64,000 bases of DNA. Source: an uncultured Gemmatimonadales bacterium. GTDB taxonomy: Bacteria; Gemmatimonadota; Gemmatimonadetes; Gemmatimonadales; GWC2-71-9. Under the pieces are notes generated by a model. It worked only from the letters and a program-made list of their open reading frames with translations. It was not told the origin of the DNA and did not search any database. A program made the position numbers and the translations under genes. Below are positions 23,216 through 33,034 of this stretch, piece after piece. Position 1 is the first letter of the stretch; every line of letters begins with the position of its first letter. Where the stretch lies: contig CAWJMT010000005.1 of the NCBI GenBank assembly GCA_963844035.1, positions 203,336-267,335 on the forward strand. Direction: 5' to 3'.

Positions 23216-24458
23216 ATGAAGGGTTCGGCTCAGGACAACACCGTCGTCCGGTTTGAGATCGCCCCGCGCTCGATCGCGTGGATCCTGGCGACGATCGCGG
23301 GCGTGTGGTTGTTCTTCCAGCTCCGGGTGATCGTGCTGCTGGTGGTGGTCGCGCTCGTCCTCGCGGGCACCTTCAATCCGGTGGTCGAGTGGCTGGAGCG
23401 CCGCGGGCTCAAGCGGATCTACGGGCTCGTGCTGGTCTTTGTCGCGCTGCTGGTCGTTCACCTGCCTGCTCATCTTTTTCATGGTCCCGCCCCTCACCGA
23501 GCAGCTCACCCAGATTGTGAGCGACGCTCCGCAGCATCGCGAACGGTTGATCGCGTTGCTCCAGCAGCGCGATGCCACCGCTCCCCTCGCCCGAGCGATG
23601 CAGCACGCAGATCTCGCGAAGACGATCGCCCGCCTCGAGACGTACCTGGTGGAGTACGTGCCCCGCGCCGCCGTCGGGCTGGGATACGCGGTGACCACCC
23701 TGGTGCTGGCGTTCTATATCCTGGCGGACGGCAAGCGGACCCAGGGCACGCTGTACGCCATCGTGCCGCGCGGCTACCACATGCGGCTGGCGCGCATCAT
23801 CCAGAACATGGAGGTGATCGTCGGCGGCTACATGCGAGGCCAGCTCATCACGTCCGCGGCGGTCGGCGTGGTGACCTTTGTGCTCCTGGTGGCGTGCAAG
23901 GTCCCGAATGCATTGTCCCTCGCGCTGTTCGCAGCCCTGGTGGACGTGATCCCGTTCGTCGGCGCGGTGCTGGCGAGCGGTCCGGCCGTCCTGTCGGCGC
24001 TGTCCGTCAGCGTGCCCGTGGGCATGGTGGTGCTGGTGGTCCTGTTCGTCTACCAGGAATTCGAGAATCGCATCCTGGTTCCGAAGATCTATGGACGCGC
24101 GCTGCGGCTCTCACCAACGGTGGTCATTCTCGCGCTGCTGGCCGGCGGCATGCTGCTCGGCATCATCGGGGCGCTGCTCGCCCTGCCCATCGCGGCGGGG
24201 CTGCAGATGATGGTGGCGGAGCTGCGGGTGGACTTGCCTGGCGACGACAGTGACGACCGGGTGGCGCACGCCCGCGATGCGCAGACCGAGGCGACCTACG
24301 AACGCATGAGTGCCGGCGCCACGGCCCCGGAAGCCGGACGGATCGCGCGGAACCTCGCGCACGACATCCGGGACGCGGACGTCGTGGATGCCGCGAAGGA
24401 GATGGACGCGGCGAAGGCAAGGGAAAAGGAAATGGAAGCGGAGGGTGTTGGGCCATGA
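23216..24458 (+). CDS. AI-2E family transporter (frameshifted)
   Basis: Multi-TM; GGYMRGQL, DVIPFVG, QEFENRILVPKIYG, GALLALPIAA. Confidence 0.88.
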
Positions 24459-26582
24459 CCACCACCGCACGCGCCCCGAGGGCCAAGACCGGCCGGCGGG
24501 TGGAGGTCATCACCGACCTGAAGACCGGCGCCCTCCAGGATGCCATTCTCAACAGCGCCAACTTCTCGAGTATCGCCACCGACGCGAAGGGCGTGATCCA
24601 GATCTTCAACGTCGGCGCCGAGCGGATGCTGGGCTATGCGGCGGCCGAGGTGATCAACAAAATCACGCCGGCCGATATTTCCGATCCGCAGGAAGTGATC
24701 GCCCGCGCCAAGGCGCTCAGCGTCGAGCTGGGCACGCCGATTACGCCGGGCTTCGAGGCGTTGGTGTTCAAGGCCTCGCGCGGCATCGAGGACATCTACG
24801 AGCTGACCTATATCCGCAAGGACGGCAGCCGGTTCCCGGCAGTGGTGTCGGTCACGGCGCTGCGGGACGCCCAGGACGCCATCATCGGCTATCTGCTGAT
24901 CGGCACCGACAACACCGCGCGCAAACAGGCGGAAGAGGCGTTGCTCAAAGCGGGCGCCCTGCAGAGCGCGATCTTCCACAGCGCCAACTTCTCCAGTATC
25001 GCGACGGACGCGAAGGGCGTGATCCAGATCTTCAACGTCGGCGCCGAGCGGATGCTGGGCTATGCGGCGGCCGAGGTGATGAACCAGATCACGCCGGCCG
25101 ACATTTCCGATCCGCAGGAAGTGATCGCCCGCGCCAAGGCGCTCAGCGTCGAGCTGGGCACCCCGATTACGCCGGGGTTCGAGGCCCTGGTCCACAAGGC
25201 GTCGCGCGGCATCGAGGACATCTATGAGCTGACCTACGTCCGCAAGGACGGGAGCCGGTTCCCGGCGGTCGTGTCGGTCACGGCGCTGCGCGATGCGCAG
25301 GACGCCATCATCGGCTATCTGTTGATCGGCACCGACAACAGCGCGCGCAAGGAGGTCGAAGAGGAGCGCGAGCGCCTGGATCAGGTGCTGCGGGAGAAGA
25401 ACATCGAGCTGGAGAGCTCCAAGTCCGTGGCGGAAAAGGCCAACCGCGCGAAATCGGAGTTTCTGTCCAGCATGAGCCATGAGCTGCGCTCACCGCTCAA
25501 TGCGATCCTCGGGTTCGCCCAGCTGATGGAATCCGACGCCACGCCGGCCACGCCGTCCCAGAAAACGAGCATCGACGAGATTCTTCGCGCGGGCTGGTAT
25601 CTCCTGGAGCTGATCAACGAGATTCTCGACCTGGCGCAGATCGAGTCCGGAAAGCTGTCATTGTCGCGGGAGCCGACGTCACTGGCCGACGTGATGCTCG
25701 AATGCCAGGCCATGATCGAGCCGCAGGCGCAAAAGCACGGCATCCGCATGACCTTCCCGCCGTTCGACGTCCCGTTGTTCGTTCAGGCCGATCGCACGCG
25801 GTTGAAGCAGGTGCTCATCAACCTCCTGTCCAACGCGGTCAAATACAACCAGCCGGGGGGAACGGTGGTGGTGGACTGCGTCGCCGCTACCCCGGACCGG
25901 GTTCGGATCAACGTCCGGGATACGGGCGCAGGGTTGCCTCCGGAGAAGCTGGCGCAGCTGTTCCAGCCGTTCAACCGCCTGGGCCAGGAGCGGGGCGCCG
26001 AGCAGGGGACCGGCATCGGCCTGGTGATGAGCAAGCGGCTGGTCGAGCTGATGGGCGGCGTGCTCGGTGTGGAGAGCAGCGTGGGAGTCGGCAGCGTGTT
26101 CTGGTGCGAGCTGGAGCGCGGCGGCGGCGCCGGAGATCGACGAGACGACACAGGCCCCCGCGGCCGCCGCCGGCGCGCAGGCTCAGCCCGGCGCGCCCGT
26201 GCACACGCTGCTGTACGTCGAGGACAACCCGGCGAACCTGAAGCTGGTCGAGCAGCTGATCGCCCGCCGCCCCACGCTGCGCCTGCTGACCGCGGTGGAC
26301 GGCAACCAGGGGATCCAGCTGGCGCGCGCCAATCTGCCGGAGGTGATCCTGATGGACATCAATCTGCCCGGCATCAGCGGTCTCGAAGCCCTGAAGATCC
26401 TGCGCGACGACCCGGCGACCGCGCACATTCCCATCGTCGCCCTCAGCGCCAATGCGATGCCACGCGACATCGAGAAGGGTCTCGAGGCGGGATTCTTCTC
26501 GTATCTCACCAAGCCGATCAAGATCAAAGAGTTCATGGAGGCGCTCGACGCGGCGCTGGAATCCGGGCACGCGCATGCTTGA
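24455..26582 (+). CDS. hybrid sensor kinase PAS-PAS-HisKA-HATPase-REC (frameshift near 26120)
   Basis: Two PAS repeats, MSHELRSPLN, NLLSNAVKY, DTGAG, GTGIGL; REC VEDN..LMDINLP..TKP in the next frame. Confidence 0.9.
24527..25348 (+). repeat. intragenic tandem duplication, 426-nt period (two near-identical PAS/PAC modules)
   Basis: AGCGCCAACTTCTC at 24554 and 24980; long identical stretches. Confidence 0.9.
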
Positions 26583-27714
26583 GGCGTCCGAGATCCTCAA
26601 GGCCAGGATCCTGGTGGTCGACGATCAGCAGGCCAACGTCCTGCTGCTCGAGACCCTGCTGGCCGGCGCGGGCTATACGTCCATCACCTCCACGCTCGAT
26701 CCCCGCGCCGTGTACGCGCTGCACGAGAAGCATCGCTTCGACCTGATCCTGCTCGATCTCCAGATGCCCGGAATGGACGGGTTCGAAGTCATGGAAGGCC
26801 TGAAGCCTCTTGAAACGGACGGGGTCCTGCCGGTCCTGGTGATCACCGCCCAGCCCGATCACAAGCTTCGGGCGCTCCGGGCCGGGGCGAGGGATTTCAT
26901 CAGCAAGCCGTTCGAGGTCGCCGAGGTGCTGATGCGCGTCCACAACATGCTCGAAGTGCGGCTGATGGCCGCCGAGATCAGCCGCAAGAACGACGAGCTG
27001 AAGAAGCTGTTCGATCAGGTCGTGGCGGAGCGCAAGGTGTCGGAGCGGCTGGCCCTGCATGTGCCCCCGGACTCGATTGCCGCGCGGTTGCAGGCACGCC
27101 CGGATGTGGCGGCGGACAGCTTTACGGACGTGACCGTATTGATCGCGGACATCGTCGGGTTCACGGACCTCACACCGGCCGTGAGCGCTGAGCGACTGGC
27201 GCTCCTCCTGGATGGGATCTTCGTCACCTTCGACGGCCTGGCGCAGGAGCGCGGTCTCAAGAAGGTCAAAACATTGGGGAATTCGTACATGGCCGTCGCC
27301 GGCGTGCCCGACGCGGCGAGCGATCACGCGGTGCGGGCGGCGCACCTGGCGCTCGACATGATCGCCGGGCTGGAGCGCTTCAATGAGCGCAGCGAACACT
27401 CGCTGCAGGTGCGCATCGGGATCGCCAGCGGACCGGTGGTGGCCGGCGTCATCGGCAAGCGGAGGTACCTCTACGATGTGTGGGGGGACGCGGTGAACAC
27501 CGCCAGCCGGATGGAATCCCACGGGGTGGCCGGACGGGTGCAGGTGTCGGAGAGCACCCGGCTGCTGCTGGGCGAACCCTTCGTGCTCGAGGAGCGCGGG
27601 GTGATCGAGGTCGAGGGCAAGGGCGAGCTCAAGACGTGGTTCGTCAGCGGACGGGATGGGGCGTCGCACGAAGGAAGGCGCGAGTCGTCGGAGCACGCAC
27701 AGATCGCTTCGTGA
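26575..27714 (+). CDS. response regulator fused to class III adenylate/guanylate cyclase
   Basis: VDDQ..LLDLQMP..SKP; IADIVGFT, KVKTLGNSYM, RIGIASG, YDVWGDAVNTASRMES. Confidence 0.9.
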   Translation: MLEASEILKARILVVDDQQANVLLLETLLAGAGYTSITSTLDPRAVYALHEKHRFDLILLDLQMPGMDGFEVMEGLKPLETDGVLPVLVITAQPDHKLRALRAGARDFISKPFEVAEVLMRVHNMLEVRLMAAEISRKNDELKKLFDQVVAERKVSERLALHVPPDSIAARLQARPDVAADSFTDVTVLIADIVGFTDLTPAVSAERLALLLDGIFVTFDGLAQERGLKKVKTLGNSYMAVAGVPDAASDHAVRAAHLALDMIAGLERFNERSEHSLQVRIGIASGPVVAGVIGKRRYLYDVWGDAVNTASRMESHGVAGRVQVSESTRLLLGEPFVLEERGVIEVEGKGELKTWFVSGRDGASHEGRRESSEHAQIAS

Positions 27715-28508
27715 GGGCGGCGTTCCGCGCCGCACGGCGAGCTGGAGAATGGGCGATGGTGGCGGCGCTGAGCGTTGCGGCGCTTCCAGCCCAACAGCCT
27801 CAGCAGGGACCGCAACCGCCATGCGGAACGGAACCCGTTCCGGCCTATCCTGGTCTTGGTGAGTCGGCCATCGTGACGTCGTGGAGTAAGGCGGATTTCG
27901 GCCGCGACTGGCGACCACCCGCCTGCACCGGTTGGGTTGCGGTGGGCTTTACCACGTTGGTGACCACCGTGGCGCGATTTCGCCATACGTCGGGCGCTGA
28001 GGGCTTGCTGCGCCACGTTGGGGCCATTTCCGAGCTCGCGGGCATGCGCTACTGGTCCACCTCCCACAAACGGTGGCAAACCCTGATGGTAGACGCCTCC
28101 GCCCTGACCGACTCGCAGCCCGGTCAACGCCGCAGCGACTTCACGCCCGATGAAATGACGGAAGGCAAGGTGCTCTACCTCGAGCAGGTCGATAACCTCT
28201 CAGGCAAAGCCATCTACCGAATGCACATTGCCGAGGCTTCGGCGAGCCGCCTCGTCTTCACCGTCGAGAATGTCAGCGCGATACGCTATCGCTTGCTGCG
28301 GATCTTTCACCCGGGCGAGATGCAGTCGCTGTACTGTCTGGATCGCGAATCGGATGGCGTCTGGCGCTACTACAGCATCGTGCGCACGGGGAAGAACGCC
28401 AACCACCTGATCGCGGGACATGGACCCGCATCCGTCAACCGGGCGGTTGCGTTCTATCGCCATCTGGTCGGCATTCCCACCGACCAGGAGCCGCCGGCGG
28501 CGCGATGA
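27711..28508 (+). CDS. secreted hypothetical protein (DUF6675-like)
   Basis: Signal-like N-terminus, ISELAGMRYWSTS; GTGA overlap with upstream gene. Confidence 0.6.
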   Translation: MRAAFRAARRAGEWAMVAALSVAALPAQQPQQGPQPPCGTEPVPAYPGLGESAIVTSWSKADFGRDWRPPACTGWVAVGFTTLVTTVARFRHTSGAEGLLRHVGAISELAGMRYWSTSHKRWQTLMVDASALTDSQPGQRRSDFTPDEMTEGKVLYLEQVDNLSGKAIYRMHIAEASASRLVFTVENVSAIRYRLLRIFHPGEMQSLYCLDRESDGVWRYYSIVRTGKNANHLIAGHGPASVNRAVAFYRHLVGIPTDQEPPAAR

Positions 28509-30201
28509 AGGCAGCGTGGTGGAGTGTGTTGCTCATCGCCGTCGCCTTCGCGGGATGCGGGCCGTCGCCCCGGACGGATGCCGGGCGGACCGAATCCTCC
28601 CGGCGAGCTCGTTGCGGAGCGCATCCGGACGCGCATCGAAAACGCCGGCGTCGTCACGGAGCTCCGCGCGGCGGGCGAGCCCGTGTACGAAAGCGTGGTG
28701 CTTCCCAGCTTCTACGAGCGGCGACTCTACCGCCCGGCATGGAGCGACCAGCGCGGCCCCACCCGGCTGGCCCGATGACCTGGTTGGCGCGCTGCGCCGG
28801 GCGGATCTCGAGGGGCTGCGATCCGAGGACTACCACCTCGCCGGCATCGAGGCCCTGCTTGCGGCGGTGCGTGCCGACGCCAAGCGCGGCCCGGCGATCG
28901 CCCCGGACCGATGGGCGGAGCTCGATCTCCTGCTCACGGACGCGTTCCTGGTCTACGGGGCCCATCTCCTCGCGGGGCGGGTGAATCCCGAAACCCTCCG
29001 TCCGGAGTGGCTGGCGAACCGGCGCAGCGCCGATATCGCCGCGGTGTTGGAGACAGCCCTCGCGTCGCGCAACATCGCCGGCGCGCTCGAGACGCTCGTC
29101 CCACCTGCGGGAAGGCTACCGGCGGTTGCGCGAGGCGCTGGCGCGCTACCGCGGCGTGGCGGCAACGGGCGGCTGGCCCAGCGATCCCGGACGGGGCGAC
29201 GCTGGCGCGGGGCGACCACGGCCCTCGCCGTGGCGGCGCTACGCGAGCGGCTACGCCTCGAGGGCGACCTCGGACCGGCGGGGGAACCGGACGCGGCGCT
29301 GTACGACGAGCCGCTCGAACAGGCCGTGAAGAAGTTCCAGCGGCGCCACGGCCTTACGGCAGACGGCGCGGTGCGGGCCAGGACCCGCGCCGACCTCAAC
29401 GTGCGCGTGGAACGTCGCGTCGAGCAGTTGGAGCTGAACCTCGAGCGCTGGCGCTGGCTGCCCAAGGACCTGGGACACCGGCACATCATCGTGAACATCG
29501 CGAACTTCGAGCTGGACGTGGTGGAGGGGGATTCGGTCGTACTGGCGATGCGGGTCGTCGTGGGACGCCTCTACAACCGCACACCGGTGCTGAGCGATAC
29601 CGTGCGGTATCTCGTTCTCAATCCCTACTGGCACGTGCCCCGCAACATCGCGGCGGGAGAGTTGCTCCTGAAAGCCCGGCACGACCCGTCGTACTTTGCG
29701 CGAAACAAACTGCGGGTCTTCAGGAACTCGGGCTCGGACGCTCGAGAGGTCGATCCCAGAACGGTCGATTGGTCGGCGATCACCCCCGCCGCATTCCCCT
29801 TCCGCTTGCGTCAAGATCCGGGCCCGCTCAACGCCCTCGGGCGGGTCAAGTTCATGTTCCTCAACAAGTACAACGTCTATCTCCACGACACGCCGGCTCG
29901 CCCGCTGTTCGAGGAAACGCAGCGGGACTTCAGCCATGGATGCATCCGGATCCAGCAACCGATCGGGCTGGCCGTGTATCTCCTCCGGCAGGATCCGCGC
30001 TGGAATCGCGACTCGCTCCTGCACGCGCTCGACGACGCGGTGGACCGAACCGTGCCACTCCCGGAACCGATGCCGATCCACTTGCTCTACTGGACTGCCT
30101 GGGCCGACTGGGACGGTACGATCCAGTTCCGCCGGGACATCCACGGTCGCGACGCACCCCTCTTGAAGGCCTTGCGAGCACCCCCACCCACCACCCCGTA
30201 G
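28505..30201 (+). CDS. L,D-transpeptidase, YcbB/LdtD type (frameshifted)
   Basis: PG-binding AVKKFQRRHGL..DG, VNIANF, NPYWHVP, QDPGPLNALG.VKF, YLHDTP, SHGCIR. Confidence 0.9.
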
Positions 30202-30229
30202 CCTCAGCACCCGTCCCAGGGCTTGCATC

Positions 30230-30269
30230 AAAGGGATGAGTACGCCTACACTAAAAGGATGAGTACGCC
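30230..30269 (+). repeat. intergenic direct repeat AAA(G)GGATGAGTACGCC x2
   Basis: Two copies 23 nt apart before the M15 peptidase gene. Confidence 0.7.
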
Positions 30270-30290
30270 AGCCCGACACGCCACACCTTC

Positions 30291-31238
30291 TTGACACGCC
30301 TCGCATACCTGGGGCTGGCGCTCGGCGCGCTCACCGTCGCCGTCGCTGGATCCGTCAGGCCACCCGCTGCGGCGGCGGGGTTCTCAGTACGATACCGGAA
30401 CGTGAGCGTGTCCGAACGGGTGCGGGCGTTGACCGCGCTCCCAGGCGAGACCGTGACGTTCGAAGTGGCGAACCGCGGCCCGGGATCGGGCTACGTGGCG
30501 CGGCCGGCGGCCGGCCGGCTCGTGCCGCTCGGCACGGAACGCTGGGCATGGACGGCGCCCCCCGAGCCGGGCCTCTATCCCATCCAGGTGCATGCCCCAC
30601 ACGGGCGTGACTCGGTCACGCTGCAAGCGTTCGTGGTCGTCCCCTACGACCGACTCCAGGGGGGCGAATTCCTGAACGGCTATCGGATCGGCCGCTACCC
30701 CGAGCAGCCGCTCCGTGGGCTCGCCGGCTCGGGGCCGCCGGCCGGGTTCGTCGAGGTCACGCGAGCGAACGAAGACGTCCTCGTCTCCCCCCACTTCCGA
30801 CTCAAGCAGTTCCTGTGCAAGCAGCCGGGGGGCTCCCGGAAGTACGTCGTCCTGAACGAGCGGCTCTTGCTCGCCCTCGAGTATCTCCTCGACCGGGTGG
30901 ATGAGGCCGGCTATCGGGCGACCACCTTCTACATCATGAGCGGGTATCGCACCCCGGCCTACAACCGGTCGCTCGGCAACGTCCGCTACAGCCAGCATCA
31001 GTGTGGCACGGCCGCGGACATCTTCATCGACGAGAATGGCGACGGCAGGATGGACGACCTGAATGGCGACGGCCGGAGCGATATCCGCGATGCCGAGGTG
31101 CTCTATCGGCTGATCGACGGCGCCGCAGCCCGACCGGAGGCTCAGGGGCTGATCGGAGGGCTGGGCAAGTATCGCTCGACGGCGGCGCACGGTCCCTTTG
31201 TCCACGTCGACGTTCGGGACCGCAAGGCACGGTGGTGA
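30291..31238 (+). CDS. secreted peptidase M15A (YcbK/MepK-like)
   Basis: SPHFRL, MSGYRTPAYN, SQHQCGTAAD, FVHVDVR. Confidence 0.85.
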   Translation: MTRLAYLGLALGALTVAVAGSVRPPAAAAGFSVRYRNVSVSERVRALTALPGETVTFEVANRGPGSGYVARPAAGRLVPLGTERWAWTAPPEPGLYPIQVHAPHGRDSVTLQAFVVVPYDRLQGGEFLNGYRIGRYPEQPLRGLAGSGPPAGFVEVTRANEDVLVSPHFRLKQFLCKQPGGSRKYVVLNERLLLALEYLLDRVDEAGYRATTFYIMSGYRTPAYNRSLGNVRYSQHQCGTAADIFIDENGDGRMDDLNGDGRSDIRDAEVLYRLIDGAAARPEAQGLIGGLGKYRSTAAHGPFVHVDVRDRKARW

Positions 31239-31260
31239 TTATCGGTCTTACCTTCAACCA

Positions 31261-31967
31261 TCAGGCTTGACGCGCCACAGGTCCGGTGCACGGGTCGGCG
31301 CTCCGGGCAAACGTGTGCGCGGCGATCTGAAGCCGGCTGTGCAACGCCAGCTTTTCCAGAATGTTGTGCACGTGGCTCTTGACGGTGTACGTCGCGATAT
31401 TGAGCCGCTGGGCCATCTCCTTGTTGCTCAGACCCTCTGCAATCAAGTCCATGATCTGCCGCTCACGCCTCGTCATGTGCACGCGCCTGCTCGATGCCCG
31501 GCATGTGGTGCGTCACCGCCTGCTGCGCAATGTGCGACAGCAGCGTCCCGGTCAACGCGGGGGGGGCCACGTCCGCTCCCTGGCCGACCGATCGAACGGT
31601 GCGCAAGAGATCGTCCACCGTCGCGTCCTTCAGGATGAACCCGGTCGCTCCCGCCTTGATGAACGCGATGACGTCGTCCTGCACGGCATGCACGTCCATT
31701 AGGACCACCCGAGTCTCAGGCGCCAAGTCCTTGATTCTCTTGAGAGCGTCCCCCTTACCCAGGGCTGCGTTGACCACCGTGGCATGCGGCTGAGTCTCCC
31801 GAACCGAAGCCAGCCCCAATGTGACGCAGGCGGCGGTCGCGGCGACCTTGAAGTCCGGGTGCCCGTCCAGCAGGGCGGCGAGTCGCTCGCGCGCCAGACG
31901 ATTATCCTCGATCACCACCACGCGAACGGGTCCGGCCCCGAATGGTGAGGTCGTCTGACGAGTTCAT
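31261..31967 (-). CDS. NarL family regulator RR3, paralog of RR2 (frameshifted)
   Basis: IEDNRL, ALTGTLLSHIAQQAV, MTRRERQIMDLIAEGLSNKEMAQRLNIATYTVKSHVHNILEKL. Confidence 0.88.
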
Positions 31968-32140
31968 GGGCTGCCGGCCGTTGGGGGCGCGTCCCGACCG
32001 ACGAATGCGTCCCCAGGGAGATCCTTGGCGTCATCTTTGCCTATCACTGGGCCGCCTCCTTAGCGGTTGCCAGTATGAGTAACTGTTGCTGGATGAAGGA
32101 AAAATGAATCGGCCGTGACGAAATAACGTGGCTACCGGAC

Positions 32141-32428
32141 CTAGGAGTCCCCCGACCGCCGCCCCGTGAACCTGCGGTGCTCACGGACCGGAGACAAATC
32201 GATCAGCAGCGCCACCACGAGGCCCGCAATGGGCCAGACCGTCCAGGCGCCGCCGAACCAGCGTTGGACCGCCGAGTACCAGAGCAGCGTCGTGGGCAAG
32301 AAGACGAAGCCGATGACCGGCCAGAGCAGGGTGGGGAAGAGGCCGCCAAACCAGGAAGTGAAGAACCAGAGGACGGCGACGGCGAGGCGCGGTGTGAAGA
32401 GCGCCAGGGCAACGAGGAAGCAGGGCAT
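32141..32428 (-). CDS. small membrane protein
   Basis: GGAG SD; MPCFLVALALFTPRL...GFVFLPTTLLWY, three TM segments. Confidence 0.75.
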   Translation of the reverse strand: MPCFLVALALFTPRLAVAVLWFFTSWFGGLFPTLLWPVIGFVFLPTTLLWYSAVQRWFGGAWTVWPIAGLVVALLIDLSPVREHRRFTGRRSGDS

Positions 32429-32479
32429 TGGATCCTCCCGATCCGCGATTACGCGCTTGAACTGATTGGCTCAGCCAGC

Positions 32480-32503
32480 AAAAAGGCCGTCGTGAAGACG
32501 GCC
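32480..32503 (-). terminator. intrinsic terminator
   Basis: Minus strand GGCCGTC-TTCAC-GACGGCC-TTTTT. Confidence 0.7.
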
Positions 32504-32537
32504 CCTCTGGTTCCTGCACATCACGGCACCGTGCCGT

Positions 32538-32657
32538 TTAGCTCTTCATGATCTTCAGGCCGGCTTTCCGTTTCTTGACGGGACCGCGTCCACCAGCCGA
32601 CTTGGAAGCACGCCGCTTGGCTGCGGTCATTCTGCCGCCTCTGCTCTTCTTTGCCAT
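32538..32657 (-). CDS. 39-aa highly basic peptide (not in ORF track)
   Basis: AAGGAGG SD; MAKKSRGGRMTAAKRRASKSAGGRGPVKKRKAGLKIMKS*; followed by a terminator. Confidence 0.7.
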   Translation of the reverse strand: MAKKSRGGRMTAAKRRASKSAGGRGPVKKRKAGLKIMKS

Positions 32658-32760
32658 AGTGAAATCCTCCTTCATTTGTTCGGGTGTCAACTTCCCAGAA
32701 CAATGCCTCCGTGGGCCGCAGGGCGGTATCGTCCCGAAGGATGGAAAAGGACGTAACTCG

Positions 32761-33000
32761 TCAGCGCTTCTTCACAACGCCGGCGAATCCCACAAGAACA
32801 CCAGCAACGATCGCGACCCAGCCGAATACCACCGGAACCGTGCTCTGGGCGTGGACTTTACTCTTGAAGGGGCCGACATGGACGACTCCCTCGGACTGAA
32901 CGCGCGGTCCTTGCAACACAACGAACACGCCAAGTGCGACAATCAAGACTCCCGTGACCGTCAGGAGTCTCATGCCAGTGATTATGGTTGGACGCTTCAT
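32761..33000 (-). CDS. small two-TM membrane protein, paralog of 19287-19508
   Basis: GVLIVALGVFVV..VHVGPFK..TVPVVFGWVAIVAGVL. Confidence 0.7.
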   Translation of the reverse strand: MKRPTIITGMRLLTVTGVLIVALGVFVVLQGPRVQSEGVVHVGPFKSKVHAQSTVPVVFGWVAIVAGVLVGFAGVVKKR

Positions 33001-33034
33001 ACACAGTCTCCAAAGTGTTGGGGTTCCGTCACGC

